Origin: Lingula anatina
Lineage: Eukaryota > Animalia > Brachiopoda
NCBI GenBank assembly: GCA_051362555.1
Contig: CM120648.1
Coordinates: 17,170,587 to 17,234,586, forward strand
Reading direction: 5' to 3'
Length of the DNA stretch: 64,000 nt
The translations under genes and the position numbers were made by a program. Below the pieces are notes generated by a model that saw only the letters and a program-made list of their open reading frames with translations, searched no databases and had not been told where the DNA came from. Shown here piece after piece: positions 13,786 to 26,895 of the stretch (positions within the stretch are counted from its first letter, which is position 1; every line of letters begins with the position of its first letter).

Positions 13786-16700
13786 TCCGCGCTCAGTTTG
13801 GATAAAACACTAGGTTGGTCCCCAGTTGATAGGTGGGAATATGCCGTAGAAGAAAATGAAATACGGCATACCAAAATATAACTAAATAACGAATGGATGA
13901 ATGAATAGATATTATAATAAATTAAAATGAAAATAATTAGCATTATCACTCTTATTTCTAAGAAATTCAATAAAGATCGCATTTTTAATCAAAAGTGCAC
14001 ATATTCGGTGGTAACACTAATTGATAACAATGAACTATTCACAAACCCATATCCTTCAGAAGGCTTTCGTAGCCGGAAGTGACGTGTGAACTGTATTCAT
14101 CGATGACGTCATGGAGTGCTGCCGCCCGGTAGAGGGAGAAACAGCCTGGAGCGCAAAGTACAGAAGCCAGTGAGTATTCCGTCGACTTACCCCACCAGTG
14201 AGCTACAAAGTGAAAGTAAACGTCCTAATTTTTAAAGTCTTATATCCACTGTGAGAAACAATAAACGTGTACAAGGTAGTTAAAGTTTAGTTAAAGTAAA
14301 TTTACGTACTGATTTCTAATGCCTTATATTCACTATAGGTAACCAGAAACGTGTGCAAGGACGTCAAAGTAAACGTCCTGATTTTCAAAGCCTTATGTCC
14401 ACTATGAAGAACCAGAAACGTGTGCAAGGCAGTAAAATACACGCCCTGTTTTACTCACTGTGAATAAGCAAAAAACAGTCACCAAAACTGAAAAAATTTG
14501 TACAATGTTACCGTTCCAACTTCAACTCATTCATTCCACGTGAAATTGTTAACGGGCTGCTTACTTTGACAATTATCCGCCTGAATGAGAAATTCATACA
14601 CCTTCTTGGCAGTCTAAGAAAAACTTTTATCAATTTTGCAAAAATCACAATTATTATTATTATCATTAATGATTAATTAACTTACCGAATGCGTATTCAA
14701 ACTGCTGGAACCACACCAATGCACTGGTAGTGTGTCCTATAGGTTGAGTCAAGCCACAGATAGCTCCCAGACGTCGGTTCAGGTGACACGACCACAGCAA
14801 TGCCCGGATGTCTTCAACTGTAAACTCCATGTCAGCGTCCGTGACTAACACGTAGCCCGTCGGCTCTTTTACGTCCATCGTACCATCCTGGTTTTTCTGG
14901 TCACTACTGCCATTGATAGAAGCTCCAATGTTTCTGTACCTGAGGACATAATTGAAGTACATGACTTGGCTCCATCGCTTTAAGTTCCGGATTTTCCTTG
15001 AATCTTTCAGGTGTACGAATAACATGCTGGAACTGCTTCTACTGCCGTCTAACCGCCACCTGACCTGTACGCCGTAAGGAGTAGGAGACACACTGGAATC
15101 GCTGCTATCAAGAGAAAAATACGTCTGAATCAACTGAATCAACTGAGACGCATACGGCCTTAAGTGACCGTCACGTGCACCGTCGTCCATGACCAGGTGT
15201 GTTTCCACTTTGACGTCACTTAAAATATCATCAAGAAGGATGCATTTAAGACTGCATAGATACTTGCTGATTTCTTCCACAGTTTCCTGATACATTGTGG
15301 TGCATACATATAATGGCTCCGTTGAGTCTTCTGCACCTTGCATAAAACTGACATTCCCTTGTTCGAGACTCAGATTAAGAAACAAGAACTGTTCTAGGTA
15401 CAGAAAGTTGACAGATGGCGACCGGAAGATCTTCTCGATAGGAAGTAAAAACGTGGCGTTTGCCCTGTGGGTAAGCGACCGGTGTGAGCAAGTGATAAAC
15501 CAGACAAGGACGCCGACAAAAATAATCACGATTTCTGTTTTATCGGTCAAATAGTACTTTGTCTTTTGCTGATGGTTGTTGACAATAAGGTAGCCAATGA
15601 AGAAGCACATTAGAATCACGTGGGACGCATTGAAAACCTGATGTTCCAAGCAGAGCTTAGCGCTTGTTGAGAATAATAGAAATGTCGAAGCTGCCACTAA
15701 AATCAAAACTGAAACAGTTGTAATGATTTCAACATCCACATAACTGAAATCTATATATCCGGTACCAACAGTCACACGGCGATAAACCAGAAGAACACAA
15801 AGTTTTGTAAAACTCTCTAATAACACTGTCATCTTCTGGTGTTCTTCTTTTTCCTTAATCATTTCTGGAGTTCCACTTTGGGATTTAGACTGCCGTAGAT
15901 TCCAAAGTAACGCAATCACACACTTCCCGAATACAAACAGCATAAACTGGTCCCAGGGCAAAGAGGATACAGTTGCCATGACAACTACCATTGACACCGC
16001 TCCAAAGCAACGAAAGCCAAAATAAACCCAGGAGGACTCTGAGAAAGCAATATAACAGTCACGTATGTTATAGAACCACGATTTTGGTTTAGAGTTTAAG
16101 TCTCCTGAACGACTATCAGCTACGTTGCAATTTCTGTCCAAAAAATCAAATGCAGATTTCGAGTTGTATTCTGGATCTGCCTTTTTTGACGGGAAGCCAG
16201 GGATGGGACCCGGAAGAAGAAGAAGGATATGTGGCGCCAGGAAGAGGACAGATACTGGCAGGTTGGGTAAAACGTTGGCGACGAGCAGCAGCTGGGAGAG
16301 CATTTCAAACACGGCGTAAAGCACAATCTGGAAAATACGGGAAACATACTGCCGTTATATCATGCGTTTGCAATGCGTGTTAGACTACGTAGATAAATTA
16401 ACCTTGAGCATTTTAATACTTCTTTTAGTGGCCAATTCATTCTAAAACCGAAAACTGTAAAAAAAAAAATCGATCCTATTTTGAGTTCTTCTATGTTTTT
16501 TTAGCTTATGAGTGACACGAATACAGAATTGAAGACTAGCCAATTTTACTCTAGACGACAAGAATAATTAAGATTAGAATGCAAAGACGATATTGCTGAA
16601 ATTTCTGACATCATTTCTGTTCCAATTCAAATCCAGGCTGCATGTATGTGACAATTTAGTTCAAAGATCGCATTCAGAACAGCGGACTAACAGATCCGCG

Positions 16701-18447
16701 GATCAAATATGGCGGATCCTCTTGAATACTTGTTCCGTAATCCCCGCGGGTAATCTATTCAGTGTCTTAGCGAGAATTAAGCGGATAGCTTTTACGTCGG
16801 TCGCCATGATTGATCTGCGGATCTGTAAGTCCACTGTTCTGTATGCGATCAAAGTATTCCCATTGTAAAGCCGATGAATCTGGTAAAAAGTTATTTTAAG
16901 GAACGAAACAAGCCCTATTTTTTACTGAAATAAGAAAAACATCTGCCAAGTCAATTACACAAAACTCTTTAAAAGGTCACATTTACACAAAACTCTTTGA
17001 AAAGCCACACAATACCATAGTTATTTCCACCCCACTGGGCGTGTTCAGAGCGTGTCTATCCAGACGCCACATCCCAATGAGAAATGTGATGGCCTCTGTC
17101 ACGAAAAACACACCTTCGCATACTGCCGTTCTGGAAAACAGAGAAACAGCAGCTTAATAGGATTGATTTGTATCATCATATGCATGTGACGTGTATTATA
17201 CAAAACACATACATGTAACAAATTTACAATGATAAAAATTGCATCAAAAATCTCGCGTCGCAATAACAACCTACTATTTCAATGCTTCTGTAACAAGAAT
17301 TTTACCAATCCAAGTTGTATATTAAAATATGTTGAATACACTGTTTACCTTGATGAATCTGGTATCACATGGAAGAGATACACCAACGCCATTTTGTGTG
17401 ATATCAGCAACCCTGACGCTACTAACGCCAAAACACAGGTGAGGAGCTAACGGGAACAAGGAGAAGAGAAAACACATTATCAAATTATGATTATTAAAGC
17501 TAAAACATAAACCATTTGGTTGTAATTTTTTAATAGATTACATACGAAGAATACATATATCTGACAGTTCAGTTTTTTCGCCATAGGCTTCAGCATGTAT
17601 TCTTCATACTGTACGTATGTTGTATTTGGAGGCCTTAGCTTTCTCTTTCCTTCAGGAGCATATGTCAGGGTTATTGTAGAGTTGACAAAGATTAAAGTTT
17701 TCAATCAAAAATGAAATTCAGGTGGTATGAATAGTACTAAACAGCTGTTAAAAAAGGTGTCATATAGCATTTGTAGCATACCAGTGTGAGGGATAGAGAT
17801 ACTTGTGATTTTAGACCCGCTTTGTGTTGTTTTTAATTTTTTTTTTTGCTGGTTTTGCAGTCTTTTTTGCTCTGTGAGCAATTTTATTAATATTATTGTT
17901 ATTATTATTATCATTATTCAACTAATATATTTTAACTCCACTGTTTTTTTCATTTGGTTTTATATTATAAGCAGATAACGTCACTTAACAACTCCATGTA
18001 CAAAGAGAGGGGGGGTATTTCTAATTTTTACTTCTTCGCTAAATTAACTTCCTGTGATTTCACATATCTCCGTTAGATGGCGGTCTTGTCAGTGCTCAGA
18101 AAATGGCTGCTTTTTGGAAAAAAAGCAGTTGACACCTTAACAACATGCGGCCATGCACTTGCCTACTTTATTTCCAACAATTCACCATTGTCACTGTCAC
18201 AATATACGTATTACTGATGTTTATTGTACATGTATTCTTCACAGATTACAGTCACCAAGACCACCGTTTGAAAGAACATTAATTACAGGTAGTAGGATTC
18301 TGTCGAAATTTCAAATATGGGGTTACTACATCACCAGTTATTATTCCCGCCACCCCCCTCCCCCAAAACAATACTCTCTAAAAGTAATCGGGATTAAAAA
18401 TAAGAGAAGACGTTCATTTTTCACCTTTAGTTGCAACTCACCATCAT
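10494..18447 (-). CDS. CHS: Chitin synthase (GT2, metazoan-type, divergent), spliced, about 1104 aa
   Basis: Exons (minus strand): 18447-18442 (putative ATG ATG|GTGAG), 17446-17349, 17130-17016, 16327-14686, 14202-14047, 13226-12732, 12399-12095, 10991-10494 (TAG). All introns are GT-AG with compatible phases; total 3315 nt. Motifs: CTTMYQE, MDDG, HLKD...KRWSQVMY, TDAD, WFQQFEYAFAHW, VLCAPGCFSLYR, GEDRW, PE...EFFAQRKRW, SWGTRE, plus N- and C-terminal TM clusters. The start exon is least certain. Confidence 0.93.
11678..12082. repeat. Compound (ATT)n/(GTT)n/(AAT)n microsatellite cluster in a chitin synthase intron
   Basis: Directly visible; it explains the poly-I/N/L pseudo-ORF tails. Confidence 0.95.
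14214..14470. repeat. Degenerate tandem repeat (about 70-80 bp, 3-4 units) next to a chitin synthase acceptor
   Basis: AAAGTAAACGTCCT...CCTTAT.TCCACT...AGAAACGTGTGCAAGG is repeated. Confidence 0.7.
16669..16846. mobile_element. MITE in a chitin synthase intron; relatives at about 1375-1560, 4100-4408 and 57919-58091
   Basis: Imperfect TIRs GCATTCAGAACAGCGGACTAACAGATCCGCGGATCAA / TTGATCTGCGGATCTGTAAGTCCACTGTTCTGTATGC. The family shares the AAATATGGCGGA/CTAATCCGCT cores. Confidence 0.65.
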
Positions 18448-18519
18448 CTTGCGACTCCTGGCAAGCAGCACTGATCACTAACATCAACTTCAAGCCGCCC
18501 TAGTGTCACTATTTTATCA

Positions 18520-18640
18520 GTCCAATCGCTGTATCTTCAGCGGTAATATATATATATGGAGCTATTACCGGATGACCATTGTCCACGGAAGACTGAGTTC
18601 TCACTGGACGTCAGACGTCACCAAACTCTCAGCCAATCAG
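18520..18640 (-). promoter_or_regulatory. Putative chitin synthase core promoter
   Basis: TATATATA tract at about 18546-18557, paired GACGTCA (CRE/ATF-like) at about 18608-18620 and CCAAT boxes at about 18522 and 18633, just upstream of the putative start exon. Confidence 0.4.
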
Positions 18641-20327
18641 CCCCCAGTAATTTCACTCTCCAACTCACCCACGTGCTTTAGCTTTTGGTGACTACCCTCA
18701 GACCGTATAAACGGATAAGGCGTTTTTTAAACCATGTCTTAGATTTGTGAGCAAAAAAGGCCAAAACCACGACTCCAGCAACGAATTAACTATCCCAAAG
18801 TAAAATAACCTAACACACCGCGAATACACCGACATTTGTTACACTTCGTAGAGGCATGGCAATTTATTCTCGAAAAAATCTGACCGCTTTCTGAAAACCG
18901 TTGACCCCTGTCCTCTAGGTTCTTCTCTTCAACTCTGTTGCCAAATTTTCTACGTTTGGTATTCGTGTACAATGTACATCTGATTAACTCGTTCCCGCCA
19001 GGAAAGATTGATTTTTTTTTTTCTTTTTCTGTTGCATACCACAAGCTTCCATGCCATAAGCTTTTAGTACAACCAAAGTTTGAATTGCTCTCGAGAGTTT
19101 TAAAACGCCCAAAGCGGCTTGCTTTTCAATTGATCGTTTACAGTCGTTACCAACGAACCCTGAGAAAAATGATTGATAACGAGAGTAAATTGACCAATCA
19201 CAGGCTGCCAATCAGTGGCATAGAGACCCAATCAAAGTGCAGAGATAAACTCACCTCATGTTGCAAATCGATCTATATTTGATAAGAAAATTTAAATAGA
19301 CGCACACTGTTTGTAATTCTTTAATAAATTATAATATCTGCGCCGTGCGTTTCGATACACACCCAAACCCAATATAGAGGTGCATTTCATATGCTGAAGT
19401 GTCCAAAAGTAAAATTGAATAAATTCAAAGTTGCATTCTGTTTTTTAAAATACATACGTGGATAGAGCAAAAACCCACGACTGTCTCAATTTGAATTCAA
19501 ATTTTAATATTTACCTTGTCTTAAATTTACGCAAAGAGCCCCAAATGGTAACCTAAACTTACGTTCCGGAAACGTATGGTAACGTATGTTCCGGGTCATT
19601 TCATTTTATCTATTTATTAATTTTTTTACCGCGTTCCGATATATTTTGTAGTGATTCAGTCATGGTAAATTATGTACGGACGTTTTCATAAATATTTAAA
19701 CTATAACTCAATTGCTTTGCGTCATGGCTAATACTAGGCAACGTGTGTTCCCGAGAAAAATTGTCAAAAATTTTCATTTTGTGCAAGTACTTGGTTCAAT
19801 AGAAAACGTTGTTTTCTGTTGCTGACCGAAAAAGATATTGCGATTCTATGATTGTTTGATATTTCTGATAAAAGATTTGGACCACGAATAGAAAATAGTT
19901 TAAATAATGCTTATTTTACTGTTGGCAGGGTGGAACTTCTCCGTTTTTTTCTTTAATATTCAGTGACAAGCAAACTAAAGTCCCTCAAAAACAATCAACT
20001 GCTCTATGCAGAAAATTATTATAATTTTTCACAACGTTATACTTGTAGGAGATGAATCAAAGAACAAAACCAGTGATGATTTTGTTTTCAAAGTGAGTAA
20101 AACGTTTCACAGCTGGACGTTTTGCATTTGTGACAGTAACGTATGTTCCTTTTTGGGGATAGACGATTAATTTTTTTATTATTATTCATGGTTCCAGGAT
20201 AGTGAAACTGATGTAAACTTCTTCACGTGGGACCCTAAAATAATCAGACATAGTTTGCAATTTGTGCCCTAAATATTTTAAAGAGCATGCCTGTGACATC
20301 AATCGAACCTCTATATTGGGTTTGGGT

Positions 20328-21567
20328 CACGCTCGGCTGTCACCTTGATTGGATAGTAAACGGTTGTCGTAAAATCGCTAAATGATATTAAAACCCGGTG
20401 CATAAACTTGAAAACCACCTAGGACAACCTTGGACTGCCACATTCAGGCCTACCCAACTACCAGACTCGGCACCTAAGGATCCTGAATTAACCGGTATAT
20501 CGGACCACACTACCCGTTTTCAAGGTGTGTGTCAGATCGCATTTCGGAGTATCAGCCAGAACACCGACAGGATGAGCCCTGACATGCTCGGCTGTCACCT
20601 TGATTGGATAGTAAACGATTGTCGTAAAATCGCTATATGATTTTAAAACCGGGTGCATAATTTTGAAAGCCACCTAGATGAACCTTAGACTGCCACATTA
20701 ATCTAATACAATGCAAAAAATCCCTGTCAAAAGTGGTTAAAACATTAAAACCGAATGTCGTAAAGTCCCCATATATCCCCATAGAGACAATAAAATAGAG
20801 TACTCTAAAGTAAGAGTACAGTTTAAGGTTGTTCAGCCGAGCGTGGATGAAGCCGCAGTCGTGCTACAAAATTTGCTCTGGGGGATGATACTCAGAAATG
20901 CGATCTGACACACACCTTGAAAACGGGTTGTGTGGTCCTATATACCGGTTAATTCAGGATCCTTAGGTGCCGAGTCTGGTAGTTGGGTAGGCCTGACATT
21001 AATCCAATACAATGCAAAAATAAACTATAACAAGTGGCTAAAGCCTTCAAACCGAATGTCGTAAAGTCCCCATATACCTCCATAGAGACAATAAAATAGA
21101 AAGAGCTTGTGAAACAAAACTCAACCAACTTAAACATAATAATCGAAATAAAATACTGCCGGGCATCGGAGCGGCCTAAAACTTGGCACGCTTACCGCAA
21201 ATAATGCAGGCTACATCATCCCGTCGCTCGTTTGTAAATTCCGTGCATCAATCAAACCGTAAATCAAAATTCCACCTCTGATGTTTATATCGGTCCTCTC
21301 TAACCTACCATTACGAAAAAGAAGCCATGCCATTGGACAATGCGACCTCTGCGGTTACGTCATTTCCTGAATTGAATTGTAGAGAGGACCGATATAAACA
21401 TCAGAGGCTTTAGCCACTTGTTATAGTTTATTTTTGCATTGTATTGGATTAATGTGGCAGTCCAAGGTTGTCCTAGGTGGTTTTCAAGTTTATGCACCGG
21501 GTTTTAATATCATTTAGCGATTTTACGACAACCGTTTACTATCCAATCAAGGTGACAGCCGAGCGTG
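20328..21567. mobile_element. Non-autonomous long-TIR element with 8-bp TSD GTTTGGGT (hAT/P-type TSD length)
   Basis: About 117-bp inverted termini CACGCTCGGCTGTCACC.../...GGTGACAGCCGAGCGTG. TSD at 20320-20327 and 21568-21575. Confidence 0.85.
20445..20995. mobile_element. Nested non-autonomous element, about 100-bp TIRs CAGGCC...GGCCTG, 5-bp TSD ACATT
   Basis: Inverted repeats at about 20445-20545 and 20895-20995. ACATT at 20440-20444 and 20996-21000. Confidence 0.85.
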
Positions 21568-24276
21568 GTTTGGGTGTACAACGTGAACTTGATCCGGTTT
21601 TCGGACGCTATCATGACATAGACCCCATTTCCAGAGATTGGATCGATCTACTTTAAATCGACCTAACTCCCTGGGGGTTCACGCTAAATAGCTGTCAGCC
21701 GAGCGGGCACGAAAGTTAATTACCCCCTTACAGCTTGTAGTAGGCGGGACGGACATTTAAGCCGGATTATCTGACAGTAATCTAGTGAGACTCCCCGCGG
21801 GGATAGATCGATCTAAAAGCTCTGGGAATACGCCCATACATATCTAGGGATGTTATAAGACCATGGCGACATGATGATCACTGAAGCCTGTCCATTTAGC
21901 CAAGCTTCAGTGAAGATCGAGGACAACCTCGAGCCGCTACCCAAACATATCTCGCTTCACTCGACATTTCTGCGTAGCGTCTCTTGGAAAACTCGGATTT
22001 AACCTCGATGTAGTCTAGAATTTCACGGCTACATCTTGGTTAAATCAGTCGAGGTCTTTTAAATGCTGAAAGCCAAAGACAGTGATCATGTGACCTTCTT
22101 GGCATCAAGAGAATAGTGAAGTTGCTTACGTTATATACCTACCAGTAGACAAATTTAAAATCTCTCACACTCTTAAATAAGTAGCATAAACTTTTCACGT
22201 TTAACAATTATTATTTATAATTTTATTATACTAAGTCATATCATATGGGTATGGTTTGGAAACGGGATTTCGTTTACATTTAAGGCACACGTGCATACAA
22301 ATTATTGGTAAATCTATAACTTTTTAACGAGGGTTGTGCTATTTACTGTTTGTTATTAAGCTATTCTTCCTCTTTATCAGATATATCGGTAAAAATCAAA
22401 TATATTCCCCCTTTGAAATTGTAATTACATGTAGCACATGAATGCTTTGAAAACCAGCACATGTATATTTCGAAACCGCCTCGTAGTAAAAAAATGTCAC
22501 CAAAACGTAGAATTATTACTCCTGTGGACTTGAAATAAACATCCCTTTGATTTTGACTATATTCCGTAACCGCCTCGTTGTCAGATATATCACCAAAAAG
22601 TAAATCTCTTTCTCCTTTGCACTTGTGAAAATTTATATTCCGGTCCGACGCTCTTTGTTTATCATTTAAATGTCACTAAAAGGTAGAGGTTTTGCCTTGG
22701 GACCTTTTTGCCTCAGCAGTCCCAGCTTGGTGTGGCTCAGCTGAGACGCGCATGGTCAGTGTCGACGGCTGATTAAATACTTTTCAAGCCAGTTGAACGT
22801 CCACGACATGTATTTGGCAAAAATTGACCAAATTGGTCAGACATTACATAAGAATTCGGCAGGAGGTGACCAGCGCCCTTGGACGAGTTTATTCCATATA
22901 ACATCTCTAGAGCGTGATATAGGGTCACTTTATTCGACTGTGTTTGTTCTCGGTATGTATGTCAAATAAAACACTGTCACCCTTTCGCGATATATGCCAT
23001 GAACACCTCTCGCTGACGCTCGAGGTGTATTATCTCACACATGGTCCAACTTAATTTCCTGCTGCAATTGCCCGTGTTGATTGCAATTAAGTGGACCACA
23101 AGTCAGCTGTGACGCTGACATTTTCTATTATGTTCACCTGTCAAAGTGACAGCAGCAGTGAGATTTTCTTGACAAGAAATAACAGAATGCCACTTTCTTC
23201 ACAATTGGTTGCATAGCGACTGGACATCTTCAATAGCGATACCATCCTTTGCGCTCTACTGGACGGTACATTTGAGGTGGTCATTTTGTTATCACTTTAC
23301 TCGAATACCAAGAGATGATTACACGCTTGAATATCGGAACAAATTCAACGAGACAAAGTAGTTAATAACAGGGCCGCTAAACGATCATCGGGATATGGTA
23401 GTCTAATTGGAATCTCTCCACAGAATACAATACGTTATAAAGTACGCTGCACTGAGCTTTACGCGAAGTAGAGCAGATAATCAGGGATTTCAACCCGCTT
23501 GGCAACAGATTTCGCTGTGGAGGCGGGATCATTTTCTTTAGTTCCCAATTAATTGCGATAAACACTGTCCCTCAATTTTTACCCAAATGTTTGTGGAGAC
23601 AGAAATTAAAGTGGAGAGTAGAAATGACCAGATATACAGCGATAAGGTCACCGGCTGCATACAGCTTATCAAAATAAGAAACGTGGACTAGAATTACTGC
23701 AGCGGGCTGTGTGCATTCTAAAATCTACAATTATGTTTTAACTTTTTCATGTTTTTTTCTTACTTTTTGTTTTCATGACCAGTGAAGTTTGTAGGCTGAT
23801 AATACCGGGTGGACCAAAGAACTGGTGTATAACACCGTTAGCTGTGCCGGTGGTGTGGTGGTGGTGGTGGTGGTGGTGGGGGGGGGGGGGGGGGCGTGGA
23901 TAATACGACTTGACAAGGAATGACGCATGGTGCGGTCAATTGTTTTGTTTTTTTGTTTGTTTGTATGTTTAACATAAAAACGTGCTTTAAAATACAATAC
24001 AGGATTGTTCTCAAAAATTCTAAATAAGTAAGGAAAATAGTTAAGAAATCAATTCGCAGATTCGTCTCTCTCACAGCATTACATAAATATATTAGCCGAC
24101 CTTGTGTGAAAGTTATTATTTTCAAAATTTAAATATCATTTCCCTTTTATAAGTGTTTGGACTATTATAAATATATAGCTAGAGATATTCCCATATCTAC
24201 ACTGCATCATCGAAGCAGAAAAGATATCAGAATTCACCACCTATTTTTGCAAGTACAACTGTAGAAATAATACTCC

Positions 24277-24570
24277 CAGGGGCGGATCGAGGATTATTTA
24301 AAGGGGGGGGGGGGGGTCCGTTTCTAGGAATGACACGCTTCGGATACGAAGCCGACACTCCCCTCCACATGGCGTAGGGCTCGGGGTCAGTTAAACGGCC
24401 AATAAAAATTTTAGTATTTTACAGAGCGAACGGTGCCATTTTGTACGGTTTAGAACTAAAATTTAGCTAGTCAAAGTTCTAATTTCAAGAGGGGACCATT
24501 GGTGTGATTTATTCAGAAATCGAAGGGGGGGGGGCGGACCCCCTGATAACCCCCTTAATCCACCTCTGAC
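24277..24570. mobile_element. Dispersed G-tract repeat family (also about 29950-30247, 46537-46830 reversed, 61583-61790)
   Basis: CAGGGGC(G/A)GATC.AG.ATTATTT.AAGGGGGG...GCGAACGGTG...TCAGAAATC is shared among the copies. Confidence 0.65.
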
Positions 24571-26895
24571 TCATTTGTCACAAACTGAGAAATTATCCAC
24601 ATGAAATATTTCGATGGACCGTCGGCCATCTTCGTCAGTAGCTTAGTGACTGAAGTGAAGCTTGAAATGCGATGCAAGTACAGTGCACGTATACTGTCCG
24701 TAATACCCTCTTCGCACGGCGTCTGAGCGGAGGTAGACGGTGGCCGTGCAAAATCGCACGGGATCGTACGGATTTAAGGCCATGTAATGTAGACATGCTC
24801 GGCGTAGCCCGTAGCTCCTTACGATTTCAAAAAAAAAATCGTACGGACAATTTCATCTTGCGGCGCCCGTGGAAATGTAATCTAGACTTGAGTAATCTCA
24901 AGGGAGGACTTGTTTAACTTGTAACAAGGGGATTTTTACTACTATCATAGTGATGAAACTTTTAACTCTTTTTACACGATTACCTAAAGTAAATGTTCTC
25001 CCTTCTTTTGGACTTACCTATTTTTCTGTTCTAGATCTATACGGCTATTTATGACAAATCTTCCAAGATGACGTACTTAGGTATTGTGCTAGGGAAGAGA
25101 AAACGCATTGCGAGAACGCATCAAGTAGAAATTCTTAGACATTGTGCTAGAGTAGGTAGAACGCACTGTGCGAACGCTTTAAGTAGCGCTACTAAGCCAC
25201 TGTGCTAGATGAGATAAAAACGCATTGTGAGATGTCGCCTTAGAGCCAGAGCAAGAGAAACCTAGACTAGTGACATCTCTAATGCTGAAAAAATATATAC
25301 CGACTGATTTTTTTTTTTTTTTTGTCATTAAACAATGCTTATAACTTTGTCCTGGCAAAAAGATTAATTGCAGCAGATGAACCTTTTCTTATATCTTATC
25401 TTGTAGTATCCACAGCATTTTGATTTTCATATGACTCCAAAGAAAATGACATCAATAGTTTATTCTATGAATTGTCAAGAAAACAAAAAATAATGTTAAT
25501 GAATGATCTTGCCCTTTTATACATAGCCCCCATAAATAAATAATGATAAATAAATAAAAAATGCTGCTTTCCTTAATCTTGCCTGTTTTCCACATTCCTG
25601 AAACTAAAATGCAAGACTTTTTTATTGTGTTCATGATGGCCAATTCTGCAAATAAACCAAAATAACCCAATGTAATAACCTAGTAATGTAAACAGAAGTT
25701 AGTTTCATTTCTTATGTAGTAAACAAAAAAATTACATTTTATGCCGGCTGTAAAAATGTGTGGCACCGGTCCCACCACCTAAGTTTTCTACAAATAAATT
25801 GAATGCTATCAGTTAATTGAAGTAGACTCAGGCTCCATGGTTTTACAATGCTTGTTTGATTACAATTTATTAATTCAGATAATCTCTGTTCATAGGACAA
25901 CTACAGTCATATCACCAAGTTTACAGCTTAACAGTGACTGGGGATTTGGGAAATAAACCTTCACAAAACATTAATCAGCAGGGAGATCTCTTTAATTATA
26001 TTACACTACAAGTTAGTCCAACTTTACAAAATGCTTGCATTTTACATATAGTAATTTTTGGCAAGTTCACTAATATATGTGCCTTATTACAAAGTAGTGT
26101 ATATTACCTCAATTAAAAAAAAAAATTATGTATAATTATAATAACCCAAGTCCATATTTGTCTATATTTCACTGTGATCCATACTGAAATATAGGCCTCC
26201 AGTCAGAAGTTTTGTAACTTTCTCAAATTTCTTCACCAAACAAAAATAATGTGACATGTTTTAAGGAAGTCTTCACTGTAATTTTACTGTCATTTCTCAA
26301 GCACCATTCAGTTTCTATAAAGTCTTCCAACTGCTCTATGCAAGAGAGAAAACTACCTGTGCTTAAAACATTGTACTTAACTGCATGGTGAAGGAGAATA
26401 TTTTTGTTAAAAAAAAAAAAAGAGGTCTGAGATTTATAAAACAGTTCTACCCACAGTTAGAATTATTTGATTTGAAGGTAATGGACTTCAGATCAACATT
26501 GAGATTATGTTCAGAACCTGGTTGTTCATCTCTCCTGGCGTCAACAGTGTTTTCAAGGATGAACACATTGAGTCACCACCTGTTCTTATCACACCACTTC
26601 TGAATACTAAACCTTCATTTAACACAGCTTTTCAACTCAAACATATATTTCTACTCTGAATATCAAAGTTTCTATTTTTATTTAATTCTATGATGACTTC
26701 AAACTGGAAAAGTGAATATAACTGAGGAGCAGGTGTCTTGTTAAGAAAAAAAAATGTTATGTAGGACATTGTTATGTTATGTGTATCCAAGAATGCATCA
26801 GTACTATCGTACTATGATCCCGTAACCATGGTTTGTAGTATGTCTTCTTTCATTTTTTTTTTTTTTTTTGTTAAATAAAATACCATTGTGTAAGT

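Larger units (their letters stand above)
19360..21576. mobile_element. Non-autonomous DNA transposon (TIR CACCCAAACCCAATATAGAGG) with TACA target duplication; hosts nested elements
   Basis: Left TIR 19360-19380. The right TIR starts at about 20308 and is split by a later insertion. TACA at 19356-19359 and 21577-21580. The empty site TTCGATACAACGTG is present at about 5917-5930. Confidence 0.8.

Noticed and set aside
14666-16324. Standalone 552-aa protein
   Set aside because: It is one internal exon (16327-14686) of the spliced chitin synthase, bounded by AG and GT.
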